A stretch of 64,000 nucleotides of DNA from an uncultured virus (IMG/VR IMGVR_UViG_3300027734_000046) (Duplodnaviria > Heunggongvirae > Uroviricota > Caudoviricetes): the IMG/VR virus record IMGVR_UViG_3300027734_000046, positions 1 through 64,000 of that record. One strand, given 5' to 3'. Position numbers and translations under genes: made by a program. This document shows, piece after piece, positions 9,738 through 20,200 of the stretch (the first letter of the stretch is position 1; each line of letters opens with the position of its first letter). The notes beneath the pieces were generated by a model that did not search any database, had not been told where the DNA came from, and worked only from the letters and a program-made list of their open reading frames with translations.

Positions 9738-12700
9738 TTATCCAATAAGTGATTTAATTTCATTTGCCAGTACAGGATAGTGTAACTTGTAAGGGCCAGT
9801 ACAATTATGTGCTTCACCGTCTGATGCTGAATAACCAACACCTTGATTTAAAACTGTAACATTTGGTTGACCATTTAATACAGAATAATATGATATGACG
9901 TCAGTGTTATCATAAGTTGTTGTACCGTTTAATTTTGTACCGTATATTTTATTTATATCCCCATTAGGTTTATATTTTATATTTCCTATCCAACCACCAC
10001 TTCCTCTGACAAATAGGTATTTTGCACTTGGAAATACTCTTCTAAGTTCTGTTAGTACTTTTAGTAAATTGTTTGAATTTTGAAATCCATCATTAGTACC
10101 TATTGATACTACAACATTTTCTACCCCAGTGCTTACTGGATATTTTTTAAGTGCACCTATTAACCATGTAGTGTCTTTTCCACCAAAATATAATGATGCA
10201 TCACCTTGGGTTGGTGAAATTCTTCTTGCGGAAGAGCCTGCGGTTATTAAAATATTTTCTAAACAAAATAACAATGAATCACCAACTAAAATGTTTTTTA
10301 AGGTTGTTGGTGTGTTGGTTGAAGTTGGTTGTGTTGATGAATTTAATGCTTGTGGGTTATAACCGCTTATTTTTTTAAATAATTTGAAATTATCTATCCC
10401 TACTTTAACAAATCCCTCTGTCATTATATCTGCATCATATTCATCATAATTTAGGTATCCACTTTTACCCTTAAACGACCTTGTTATATATGGTTTATAT
10501 ACGTCATATTTTTTTCCCATTTGGAACATGCCAGCATATCCACTATTTGGGTCTGTATATGTTTGTAACCCATTTTCCTGCATCCCCATTGTAATGATAT
10601 TGTCAAGCGAAAAACCTTCATTTGGTTGTTCGTATTTTTTAAATATATCTTTAAGTCTTGAATATGGTCTACCCAAGTCATCCTTCGCACTACCATTGAT
10701 TCGTGTTTGTGCCTCTGCTGCTTTTATTGGAAGTTGTTTAGTCCACACGTTAAGAAATCCATTGGCTAATTTTTTAGGGTCTGACCTATATAGTGTTGAA
10801 ATGTCTGATTTTTTAACACCGTTATCTGCGACTAATGTACCTGGCCAATTGTCTGTGAAAAAATCAGTATTTACGTTGCTTTGATACGATGCTTGGGTAC
10901 CACTAGCAACTTTGTAATGTTGAGATGCGCCATCAGGACCTTGTTGCCATGAAAAATATATCCAAAGTAAATCTGATGTTGATAATTCATAATTTGCTGT
11001 TCCTTTAACGGTAATAAAATCACAACCGCTATAAACAGCTTCTTTTCCATCTGGTTCTTTAGGATTTTTTACAACTGGGTCATATTGTGCGTTTGCTGGT
11101 ATTGTTACGGTATTTTTTGGATTATTGACATATTTTGGTTCTTTCGTCTGCCATAGACATATTGCTGATGTTCCGTGGTATTCAAAATGCCAAAACTCTT
11201 CGACACCGCTACCATCTCTTAAGCTGGTTGGCATCCAGAATCCATATCTCCAGCAATTTTCTAAAAACCATTTTAGTGATATGTTTATATTTTGGTCAAA
11301 ACCTCTTTTTAAATTATCCGCACTAGTTGATATTTGTAATGCATTACCATCAGCATCTATTGTTTGTAAATCAACAGCCAACCCCCATCCATGATAAGAA
11401 GTTCCAACAGCAGCAACAGCACCAGGGGGTTTTTTATTTTTTATATTATCTCTTACTAAATTTGTTTGTTTTGTTGCGTTACGATATAGGCTAGTAATAG
11501 TGATATAGTTTCCATCGCTAAATGTTTTATAATTATTTTGTTTTGCGTGTGTAACAAAATCAGTTAACATTTTTTCTAACGCATTTGCAGCTTCTGTTAT
11601 TAATGACTCGTTAAGTTCGTTTTCGTTGTCTGGGGCTGGAGCTTCTACCTGTGTACCAGCTTTTTGATTACCAACACCGTTAGGTGCAACAACTTTTTTC
11701 ATTGTTATTTGATTGTTTGTTTGAGTCAAATACGCATTTTTGCCATCATTTCTAAATATTGTTGCTGCAATAGGTGCTAATAGTTGAGTTGGGGTATACG
11801 TTACTGTACTACCAGCTGTTGCCGCTCCAATTTTTTGGCCAGATATCAATGAAGAATAAAGCGTCGCTTTATCTATCAATGGTGTTTTTGCTATTCTAAT
11901 TCTTGTACCAGTAAATACGGTTGTCATATTATTTGGCACAATGCTATGAGTAACCTTTGTGATTAAATAAGCACCATGAAACATTGGTATGTTATCCAAT
12001 TGAAAATACATCATTGGTTGAATCATTGCATCGCCAAGCATTTCAACTTCAGCTTTATAGCTTCTTACAGAATAAACATTGTATAGGTTTTGACCAACAT
12101 ATGACTGGTTTGCCGAACTTAGTGAGTTTGATATTGCGTCTGTTATTGCTAATGATTCGGCCGTTTCATTAAATTCTGATTGGTCAAGCCTGATATCCTT
12201 AAATATGTTTTGATTTTGTTGTCCGTATTTAACAATAAATGCAGATGCAAAATCCTCCCAACTGGCTTTTTCTTCTGAAAAATCTTTAGGCCATGTTTTA
12301 TCGTTTGTTATATCAAAACCATCGTTTGGATATTCCGAATCTGGACCGAAATCTAGCTTGGTTGATGTTTGCCCAACATATACGCAAACAAACGATGGGC
12401 CAGTTGCTGTTTCTTTTTGTGCCATATAATAAGGGTATGGTTCAAAAATGGAATGCAATTCTTTGGGGTCGTTAAAGTTAATAAAATTTGGTAATGCAAT
12501 AAATTCAAAATTATTATCTGTTAATATTCTACCAAATAAATCATAAATGCTAGAATCAGGACTCTCATACAGTTGATGCGTTACCATTACTGGATGTATT
12601 TGAAATTGTTTGCTAATATCTTCAAATGACCTACTGACAAATCTAAAACTATCAATAAGGTTTAATCCAGCAGGTGTTCCTTTACCGTATTCGGTATTTA

Positions 12701-15700
12701 TGGCTGTATCGCCAGCTAATCTATATGGTTCATTTGTTCCTTTAGAACAACATTGAAATAATATATCATTAAATGGTCTTGGGCTACCACCGACACCAGC
12801 AATCCATTTATCATATATTTTTTTACACGTTCTGTATATCTCTAATTTAATTTTTTCGTTTTCGCCTGGTGATACAATTGTTTTCTGGTCGTCAGTAACT
12901 TTGGCTATTAATGCTTGATTAATAGTATCGATATATTTTGCAAATTTTGATTTAAGAAATTTAGGTGTTGGGTTTGTATCTTTTATACCATTTGACCATA
13001 TAAATACTGAGTTATTTTCAATATATTTATGTGAAAAAAGTAATTCTTTTAATTTTTTTTCTGCTGGACCATTTAGTTTATATTCAATAAATAAATTATA
13101 ATCAAATTTACCTAGTGTTGGTAATGCGTAAATATATGTCATAACTGAATAGTTATCCTCTAGTTTACCAATATTTAATTTATTACCATATAGTTCGTTC
13201 ATTTTGGCAAGCGTGTTAACGGTTATCTCGGTGTATGTACCATTAACGTCATATTCTTCCAAAGATTTTGCATCAGTTTTAACAACTGTGCTACTTCTTA
13301 ATATGTCCCATTGTGCTTTCCACTGGCTATCGCCAAAAAATGCTGTTCCGTCCCCTTTGGTTATATCCAAAAGTGGTATGATATCATTTGTAAACTCTTC
13401 TTTAACAAATGTATCAAATTCACTAACAAATAAATCTTGAACTTTTGGTGGTAGTGCTAAAATTTCTGGGTCGATTTTTTCATAAGACATACCAAGTCTA
13501 TCACAAAAAAACATTGAAAAATTGCTTTGGTTATCATTTAAAGCATCGTTACCAGTTGCAACTTGTAATCCAAAAATATTTAAATTTGTTTTAGACGTTT
13601 CAAATGAAATAACCTCTGGATAAGCTTTTAAATATTCGTCATTTTTTGGATAATCGTCGTCATTTGTACTAAACCCAGGTATTAAAGATTCGTTACCTAT
13701 TTTAAACGTTACTGGTATTTTTCCAGCTAACCCTTCTCTGTATCTCCAAATTAAAGAGCCTATAAATGCTGGCCATAATTTTGGAACTTTAACAAATCCA
13801 TTTCTTATAGCAAATGTATTAAAAATTTCTTTTTGTTTAAAAATACCAACATCATCTGTTATACTCAATATTCCAGTAGACCTTGATGATTTTCCAACTA
13901 GTCCTTTCCAAGGAAAACAATGTAAAAATAAAAAAGCTTTTGGATAAACGCTTGTTTGTGCGTTATATAACCTACTACCAAACAATGAAAAGTTAAAAGA
14001 ATATTTCCTAGTCTGTGCAGCAAAATTAAAAAATGGAAAAGAAACTTGGTCTTGTGTTGTTTCGTTTGAAAACAATGTTATATTTTTACCAACTGATTCG
14101 TGGTTATTTGAAAGTACATTATATCTTTCTCCTGGTATAAAAGTATCAATATATTCACTTGTTGTTATATTTTCAAATGTATAAGCGGCAAAAGCACCAC
14201 CAGAAAAAGTTAAATCAAGAGGCGTTTCACTATTAATTCTTCGTGTTGATAACCCATTTTGAATTCCTTCCCAACCATTTTCAATTAGCGGATTATCATA
14301 AAAAATACTATGATAACCTAACTGACCAGCACCATATTCAGATTTTGAGGAGTAATCGACCGATGAGTATTCTTGGACGCCATACTTACCATTACTAAGA
14401 AAAAAATCAGCATCTACTGGTGAAGTTAAATCGTTAGACAATAAGTCGTATTTAAAAATACTTGGACCCCTAGCAAGAGGTGGTTGCGTCGTTATACTAT
14501 CGTAATCATCGGCGCCAATAATACTAATATATTTTGCGGTATCTGCAGATTCGGCGTTATCATCGTATTTTACACTCCCAGACCTATTTGATAATTTAAA
14601 ATCAGAATAATTACCATAGTAAGGGTTTGTTATACTGTTAAAACCTTTATCAGCAGGTATTTCGTATCTATTAAAAGGAGTACTTCCTTTAAATGGTATT
14701 TCAATATATTTATAATCCCAATGTTCAATATTATTATATGTGGATGCTGATAGTAGATTTTTTTCTGTACCATTAACAATACCTTTTACTGCAGAATATT
14801 TATCAACTGTATTGTAATTGCTAGTTAATGCTGGTAAAATAATTTTATTTGTTTTGTATTTTTGAATTATTAACTCCGCTTCAGCCTTTGCAAATGATTC
14901 TATTTCTTTATCATCAATTAAGTTGCTAGGTTGCCAACCTAATACACCAGCAGCTCTTAAAACAATAAGTCTGGCAATATCATCTTGATTTGCGCTGTCT
15001 GGTAATCTATCGTATGGAGTTTTATCTGGTATTGACCTAATTGAATCAATTGGGCTAAATGCTTGCCAAGCTACAACACCATTTGAGTTTAATTGTACTG
15101 CCTCGTCCTCTTGTATATTTTTAACCATTTGTACGTACAAATCTTCAACGAATTTAACTTCTGGTACTAGAAGTGGGTTTTCAAGAACACCCGCAGAACC
15201 AAGATATCTTTCCACATCGTTTTCAATGTATTCTGGCCATGGATATATTACAGCGTCATCAGTTTTTTTAATATCTAATCTTTGATTGTCAAGAGATTGT
15301 GATTTGAATTTTTTTAATTCATCAATTCTAGTTGTTTCTAGATACCTTGAAGAAACCTTAAACATTAGTTCTAGGAATATTTCAATATGTGCTGTAAACA
15401 TTTTAAAAATATTCCTTATATTTGGTTCAAATGTTAACTTGCTTTCAATTGCATCTGCAATATCTAAAGCTAATGAGTCTGTAAAATCTTTTTGAGCTTT
15501 TTCTAATTCTGTTCTAGCATCTTGTATATATTGTCTAGTTTCTGTAACATCGCGTACTATAATATATGCCTCACTAGGTGATACCGTTTTTGGTAATGCA
15601 TTTTGAAATCTTTTTACAATACCACTAATTACTTCATTATTGGTACCGTCTATTAAATCTTCATAACTTTCTTTTATATTATCAATCATGTCGGCGTTAT

Positions 15701-16859
15701 TAACACCACCAGTTGGGCCAATTAATTCATTTACTTTTGCTATCGCCCCACCAGTAATTTGATTTGTTTCTATTAATTTTGCGCTCAATAAATTGCCAAC
15801 CTTTGTGTTATATGCATCGCGTTTTTTTTTATATTCTTCTCTAAAAGTCTTACCAATTTTATACACATTAGTATTTTTATATGCATCTCCAAAACTAGTT
15901 TCGCCCTCTTTACGTGGGTCTGGAAAAAAAACAATACTAGTTTGATAAGGCTCGGTTGTATCTCCAAGTATTGCCTCGCATATTGTTGGGTTTTTAAGGT
16001 CTCCAATGTAGCTATCTACTAAACCCTCGATAACCGTTAAATCACCCTGTAATTCATTAATTAATGCTACGTTATTTCTATTTACATTTGATGTATTTGC
16101 TAATTGTTCTTCCACTAATTTATCAATGTTATTCATATCTTTCATGAATTGATTGATAGAAATGGTATCTTTACTTTTTAATAAATCAATTCCATCTGGT
16201 GTTCTAACAGCAGCTCTCAGATATCCAAGAATCATATCAGCAAACATCGCATATGTATAACCAACAAAGCTTGCACTAATTTCAAAATTACCAGTTTGTG
16301 AATTAAATTTAGTGTTGCATTTAACCATGTGTAAACAATATACAACAGGTTTACCATAAAACCCTTTGATTTTTAATTCAAATAATGGATAGGGTAATCT
16401 AAATAAAACATTATATATTGATTTTGCACCAGATTGGAAAATTGCTCCACCTCTAACATCAATAAAATCTATATTGACCATTGGTGCATATGATGAGTTG
16501 AACTCTATTTGAATATTAGTAATTCCTAATGCTTCTTCAATTATATTTTCAGTTCCTAAGTCTGTATAGCTAGTGGTTAAAAAATTACCATAACCTGTAC
16601 TTCCGTCTTTTTTACCTTTGATAAAATTTACAATACTAGAACCTTCGCTATTTTTTTTTTGTGTACCGTTTTGAGTATTAATTAATACGCTTCTTGCTTT
16701 TTGTGTTGTAAGCAATTCAACAATAATACATAATTCTTCTGGCGGTACGGACATGTTATAATTTGTATCACCAAAAATACTATCATTATATTGATAACCA
16801 AAATCGTTTGGGTCAACTATGCTGAATCTGCCACTACCTTTTCTATCACCTTTAGCCAT
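9738..16859 (-). CDS. Giant baseplate hub/tail-tip protein with C-terminal M15 (VanY-like) peptidase, lysozyme/SLT-like and SGNH hydrolase domains
   Basis: Located after tape measure, baseplate and gp53-like genes. Hub-like C-terminal motif EVEMLGDAMIQP...GAYLITKVTHSI. M15 motifs SLYR, SYHGWGLAVD, EEFWHFEY; QENG...GMFQM; LVGDSL and SIGTND. Confidence 0.75.
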   Translation of the reverse strand: MAKGDRKGSGRFSIVDPNDFGYQYNDSIFGDTNYNMSVPPEELCIIVELLTTQKARSVLINTQNGTQKKNSEGSSIVNFIKGKKDGSTGYGNFLTTSYTDLGTENIIEEALGITNIQIEFNSSYAPMVNIDFIDVRGGAIFQSGAKSIYNVLFRLPYPLFELKIKGFYGKPVVYCLHMVKCNTKFNSQTGNFEISASFVGYTYAMFADMILGYLRAAVRTPDGIDLLKSKDTISINQFMKDMNNIDKLVEEQLANTSNVNRNNVALINELQGDLTVIEGLVDSYIGDLKNPTICEAILGDTTEPYQTSIVFFPDPRKEGETSFGDAYKNTNVYKIGKTFREEYKKKRDAYNTKVGNLLSAKLIETNQITGGAIAKVNELIGPTGGVNNADMIDNIKESYEDLIDGTNNEVISGIVKRFQNALPKTVSPSEAYIIVRDVTETRQYIQDARTELEKAQKDFTDSLALDIADAIESKLTFEPNIRNIFKMFTAHIEIFLELMFKVSSRYLETTRIDELKKFKSQSLDNQRLDIKKTDDAVIYPWPEYIENDVERYLGSAGVLENPLLVPEVKFVEDLYVQMVKNIQEDEAVQLNSNGVVAWQAFSPIDSIRSIPDKTPYDRLPDSANQDDIARLIVLRAAGVLGWQPSNLIDDKEIESFAKAEAELIIQKYKTNKIILPALTSNYNTVDKYSAVKGIVNGTEKNLLSASTYNNIEHWDYKYIEIPFKGSTPFNRYEIPADKGFNSITNPYYGNYSDFKLSNRSGSVKYDDNAESADTAKYISIIGADDYDSITTQPPLARGPSIFKYDLLSNDLTSPVDADFFLSNGKYGVQEYSSVDYSSKSEYGAGQLGYHSIFYDNPLIENGWEGIQNGLSTRRINSETPLDLTFSGGAFAAYTFENITTSEYIDTFIPGERYNVLSNNHESVGKNITLFSNETTQDQVSFPFFNFAAQTRKYSFNFSLFGSRLYNAQTSVYPKAFLFLHCFPWKGLVGKSSRSTGILSITDDVGIFKQKEIFNTFAIRNGFVKVPKLWPAFIGSLIWRYREGLAGKIPVTFKIGNESLIPGFSTNDDDYPKNDEYLKAYPEVISFETSKTNLNIFGLQVATGNDALNDNQSNFSMFFCDRLGMSYEKIDPEILALPPKVQDLFVSEFDTFVKEEFTNDIIPLLDITKGDGTAFFGDSQWKAQWDILRSSTVVKTDAKSLEEYDVNGTYTEITVNTLAKMNELYGNKLNIGKLEDNYSVMTYIYALPTLGKFDYNLFIEYKLNGPAEKKLKELLFSHKYIENNSVFIWSNGIKDTNPTPKFLKSKFAKYIDTINQALIAKVTDDQKTIVSPGENEKIKLEIYRTCKKIYDKWIAGVGGSPRPFNDILFQCCSKGTNEPYRLAGDTAINTEYGKGTPAGLNLIDSFRFVSRSFEDISKQFQIHPVMVTHQLYESPDSSIYDLFGRILTDNNFEFIALPNFINFNDPKELHSIFEPYPYYMAQKETATGPSFVCVYVGQTSTKLDFGPDSEYPNDGFDITNDKTWPKDFSEEKASWEDFASAFIVKYGQQNQNIFKDIRLDQSEFNETAESLAITDAISNSLSSANQSYVGQNLYNVYSVRSYKAEVEMLGDAMIQPMMYFQLDNIPMFHGAYLITKVTHSIVPNNMTTVFTGTRIRIAKTPLIDKATLYSSLISGQKIGAATAGSTVTYTPTQLLAPIAATIFRNDGKNAYLTQTNNQITMKKVVAPNGVGNQKAGTQVEAPAPDNENELNESLITEAANALEKMLTDFVTHAKQNNYKTFSDGNYITITSLYRNATKQTNLVRDNIKNKKPPGAVAAVGTSYHGWGLAVDLQTIDADGNALQISTSADNLKRGFDQNINISLKWFLENCWRYGFWMPTSLRDGSGVEEFWHFEYHGTSAICLWQTKEPKYVNNPKNTVTIPANAQYDPVVKNPKEPDGKEAVYSGCDFITVKGTANYELSTSDLLWIYFSWQQGPDGASQHYKVASGTQASYQSNVNTDFFTDNWPGTLVADNGVKKSDISTLYRSDPKKLANGFLNVWTKQLPIKAAEAQTRINGSAKDDLGRPYSRLKDIFKKYEQPNEGFSLDNIITMGMQENGLQTYTDPNSGYAGMFQMGKKYDVYKPYITRSFKGKSGYLNYDEYDADIMTEGFVKVGIDNFKLFKKISGYNPQALNSSTQPTSTNTPTTLKNILVGDSLLFCLENILITAGSSARRISPTQGDASLYFGGKDTTWLIGALKKYPVSTGVENVVVSIGTNDGFQNSNNLLKVLTELRRVFPSAKYLFVRGSGGWIGNIKYKPNGDINKIYGTKLNGTTTYDNTDVISYYSVLNGQPNVTVLNQGVGYSASDGEAHNCTGPYKLHYPVLANEIKSLIG

Positions 16860-16885
16860 GCTGTAAATTGTTTTTTATTCTAAAA

Positions 16886-17206
16886 TTATACCCCATAAAG
16901 TAGTTTATAATTGTTTACTAATTGTATATATCTGCCTATTGCATCTTCAAAAGGAAACGGTACAACGATTATTGTTTGGTCGGGTATTAAAAACTCCAAA
17001 CCCCCAAATTGTGGGTTTGCAGACATTATTAACCAACCAAAGTATGGTGAATTATAATACGCATTGCTTACTTTGTCAAGTCTTGTTTCACCTAATTTAT
17101 ATAATACAGTTTTATCACCGCTTGTTTGGGTCAGCGTAAGGCCAGGTATTGGCTTCATCTTATCGTTACTTCTAAATTCTTCGTATCTATCGAAATATCT
17201 TGGCAT
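16886..17206 (-). CDS. Baseplate wedge protein, LysM-like (T4 gp53 / P2 gpX-like)
   Basis: GETRLDKVSNAYYNSPYFGWLIMSANP...IVVP is the typical LysM-like baseplate pattern. Confidence 0.8.
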   Translation of the reverse strand: MPRYFDRYEEFRSNDKMKPIPGLTLTQTSGDKTVLYKLGETRLDKVSNAYYNSPYFGWLIMSANPQFGGLEFLIPDQTIIVVPFPFEDAIGRYIQLVNNYKLLYGV

Positions 17207-17220
17207 ATGTTTTTATTTTT

Positions 17221-20200
17221 TTATTTTGGTGGTTTTGTTACTGGTAATGTGTATTTAGCAAATTTTTGCCAGAAAGTACAAGTTTCTGTACCAATTTTTG
17301 ATGAGAGGTTTATAAAATCACCTAATGCTACTAATTCTACACTGCTAGCGTCAGAAGGGAAATTTTTCTTAATGTTTTCAAGCAATCCTACTGTTGGTGG
17401 GTTTGTATTTGGATTTCCGTCATAATTTTCATTTGCTACCGCTAGGCTAGTTGCACTACCCCTGCTTGAGAATCCAACCCAAGCTTTTCCATCAGTACTT
17501 CTATCTATGGTAGCGGTCCAAGTAACTACAGGCCCCTTTACCGTAACTTCTACAGATATGACCGTTGGATTTATTCCAGCATCATATAGTGCATATAAAA
17601 CTTTTGCAACTTTAGTATTCATTTCACCGACATTTCTAGAAACTCCATTAATTGTTGTACTTTGAAATGCGTGTAGCTTGTCACGATTGTTACCAAAGTT
17701 AAATGTTGTTACGTCATAACTATCTTTTAAAGCATATGGTAATTGATATGGTGATGTTGGTGTAGATGTTGGAGGCGGTGCTGGTGTATTGTCTAGATAA
17801 AAACTAATACCTGGTTGTCCGCCAGTTTCCCAATTTATTATAAATCGACTACTAGGGTCTTTTTGTGCTGCCAATATATTATTTTTATTATCTTCGTCAA
17901 TATCTCCCAAATCTAAAACTCCCTGCCAAGTTGTACCTTTTTCCCAAGCTTTACCACTAGGTTGGTCTGCGGCTACTTCTGTATTTGCCACAATAACTTG
18001 ACTACTTGAATCAGAACCAGAATCAAACACAACTGAGGTGTCGTCATTTCTACTAACATTAAATGTTCCGTCAACACCTAAACCAAGATTAAGGCTAGCA
18101 CCATTTATATTTGCCTTTATGGTAACCATACCTTTATATGTTTTTGATGATTGTAATGCAAATGTTGGTAATTTATCTGTTCTACCCCATTCAAAATCAA
18201 CGGTTATACTATTCAATGATTTATCATAAGGATAAACTTTTTTAATATTAATTGCATTAACAACATCAGCATCTTTACTATTACTAGCAGCTACTGGTGT
18301 TGGTGGTGCTGGTGCTGGTGTTACCGATGATGGTGTGGTTGGTTGTGTAAATGGTTGACTTACTAGATTTAATTTATTAGGGTTGGTTGCCCCGTCAGGG
18401 TAATAGTCAACATTTAGCGTATATGTACCATCTTTTTTATCATTAACAATACAGCTTTGAGCATTTGCTCCTAAACAAACATTCGACACAATTTTACCCG
18501 AGTCATCTTTAAATTGTGTATTACCAACTTTCATAAAGTCATAGTTAGGGTCAATAATTCTTAACACTAAATATTTACCAGTTGTTTGTTCTAAATTAAA
18601 ATAACTAGCATCATTACCTTGTAATGTGCTAAACTCACCTAAATAATCAATAGTTATACCAGGTTTGCTTACGTTCGTATTTGCAGTATTGGTTAGCATT
18701 TCTGTATTTAATTGTACCTTTGTTGTATCGTTATACACTAACGTTTCTAGGCTATATTGTTTACCCTCTGTAAGCCCAGTGCACGGTGGTGTTACATTAG
18801 CAAGAGGAATTGAAAGAGCATTATCCTTTGTATTTTTTTTAAATGAAAAAGGGTCAAATTGAAGTAGTTGAGTACTATCGCTAGTGTCAAGATGTATATA
18901 TTGATATTGTTCAAGTCCGTCAGCGCTTTTTATTGTCGATTTAACATTTAGTTTATACTGACTAAGTTCAGGTCTTGTTGGGTCTCCGTTATTATAAAGA
19001 TTAAAACTAATAACCCCGTTTTTATTGTTTGTATTTGTAGTTGTTACATCTTTTACCGTTAAATTTTTAATAGCAGATTCTTGTTCTTGTTGAGAATTTG
19101 TTAATCCGTTAACATCTATATCATAACTACATGGGATTGAAACACCAGCAAAACTAAATACAATTTTATATGGTATTTCATTTCCCTCAATTAATTCAGG
19201 TGTTTTTGGTTCTGTATTTGAAAAGTATAAATTATTGACTACCGAATTTGATTTTGTGAATGCGCTAGATACATCTATTGGTGTTTTCCATACATAGGTA
19301 TCTTTTTCATTGATTTTACTAATTAGTGTTACCGTTAACTTGTAATCCTGAGATAATTCTACAGTTTTATCTGTTGCGTTAATAAAAAAGGAGATATAAT
19401 TACCTTTGGTAGCATCTTTAAGTACTTTTAAATCTGGGTTTGACGTATCTGATTCTGATACACCTATAGAAATTATTTGACCGTCGCTATCACATTTGGT
19501 TTCTGATTTGGTTACGATTCCTGTTGCTGTATCAAATATAATTTCACACGTTGGGTCATTAACACCCACTAGTTGTATTGATACATTATATTCGCCACTA
19601 TCAATTAATGATTGTGGTGGTGGGTTATCACCCCATATACCATTATCAGTTGGTGTACAATAAAAATTATTATTCTCTGGTGCGTATGTTTTATTATCTT
19701 CAGCATAAAATAGTTTATTTGGATTAGTTGCTACATATATAACACTTAAATCGTTTATATCGTAAACATTAATATATGAGTCATATGGTTGTAATATTTT
19801 TACTGCTGAGTCATTATAATCAAATCTAAAACCAATAATATCTTCAAAAAAAGAAATTGGTTCATTTTTTTCATCTTGTACATTAAACCAATATAGGTTA
19901 TCTTTATCTCTTTCACAAGAAGATGAAGTACCATCACCACCTTGAGTATCTGAGCTTGTTTGTTTTTTATCTTCATCACTAGTTGCTGTTTGGTCAACAG
20001 TCGGAGGTGCATACGTTGGTACTGTATCGCCAAAAGCTCCCATAGAAGTGGTAACGGAATCAAGACCTAGTACCAAGCCGTATGCTGTTTCTTGTGTACC
20101 TTCTGGCATTAGTTCTGTTTTAGAAGCAAATGTTGTTCTTGTATTTTCCCCCTTGTAATTCTTATCAAGCAATTTAATATCTTCAACAGTTGCGATATAA

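Noticed and set aside
15923..15931. Homopolymer tracts in the hub gene (A9 here, T-run near 16650) as phase-variation switches
   Set aside because: The frame is intact and such runs are common in this AT-rich genome.
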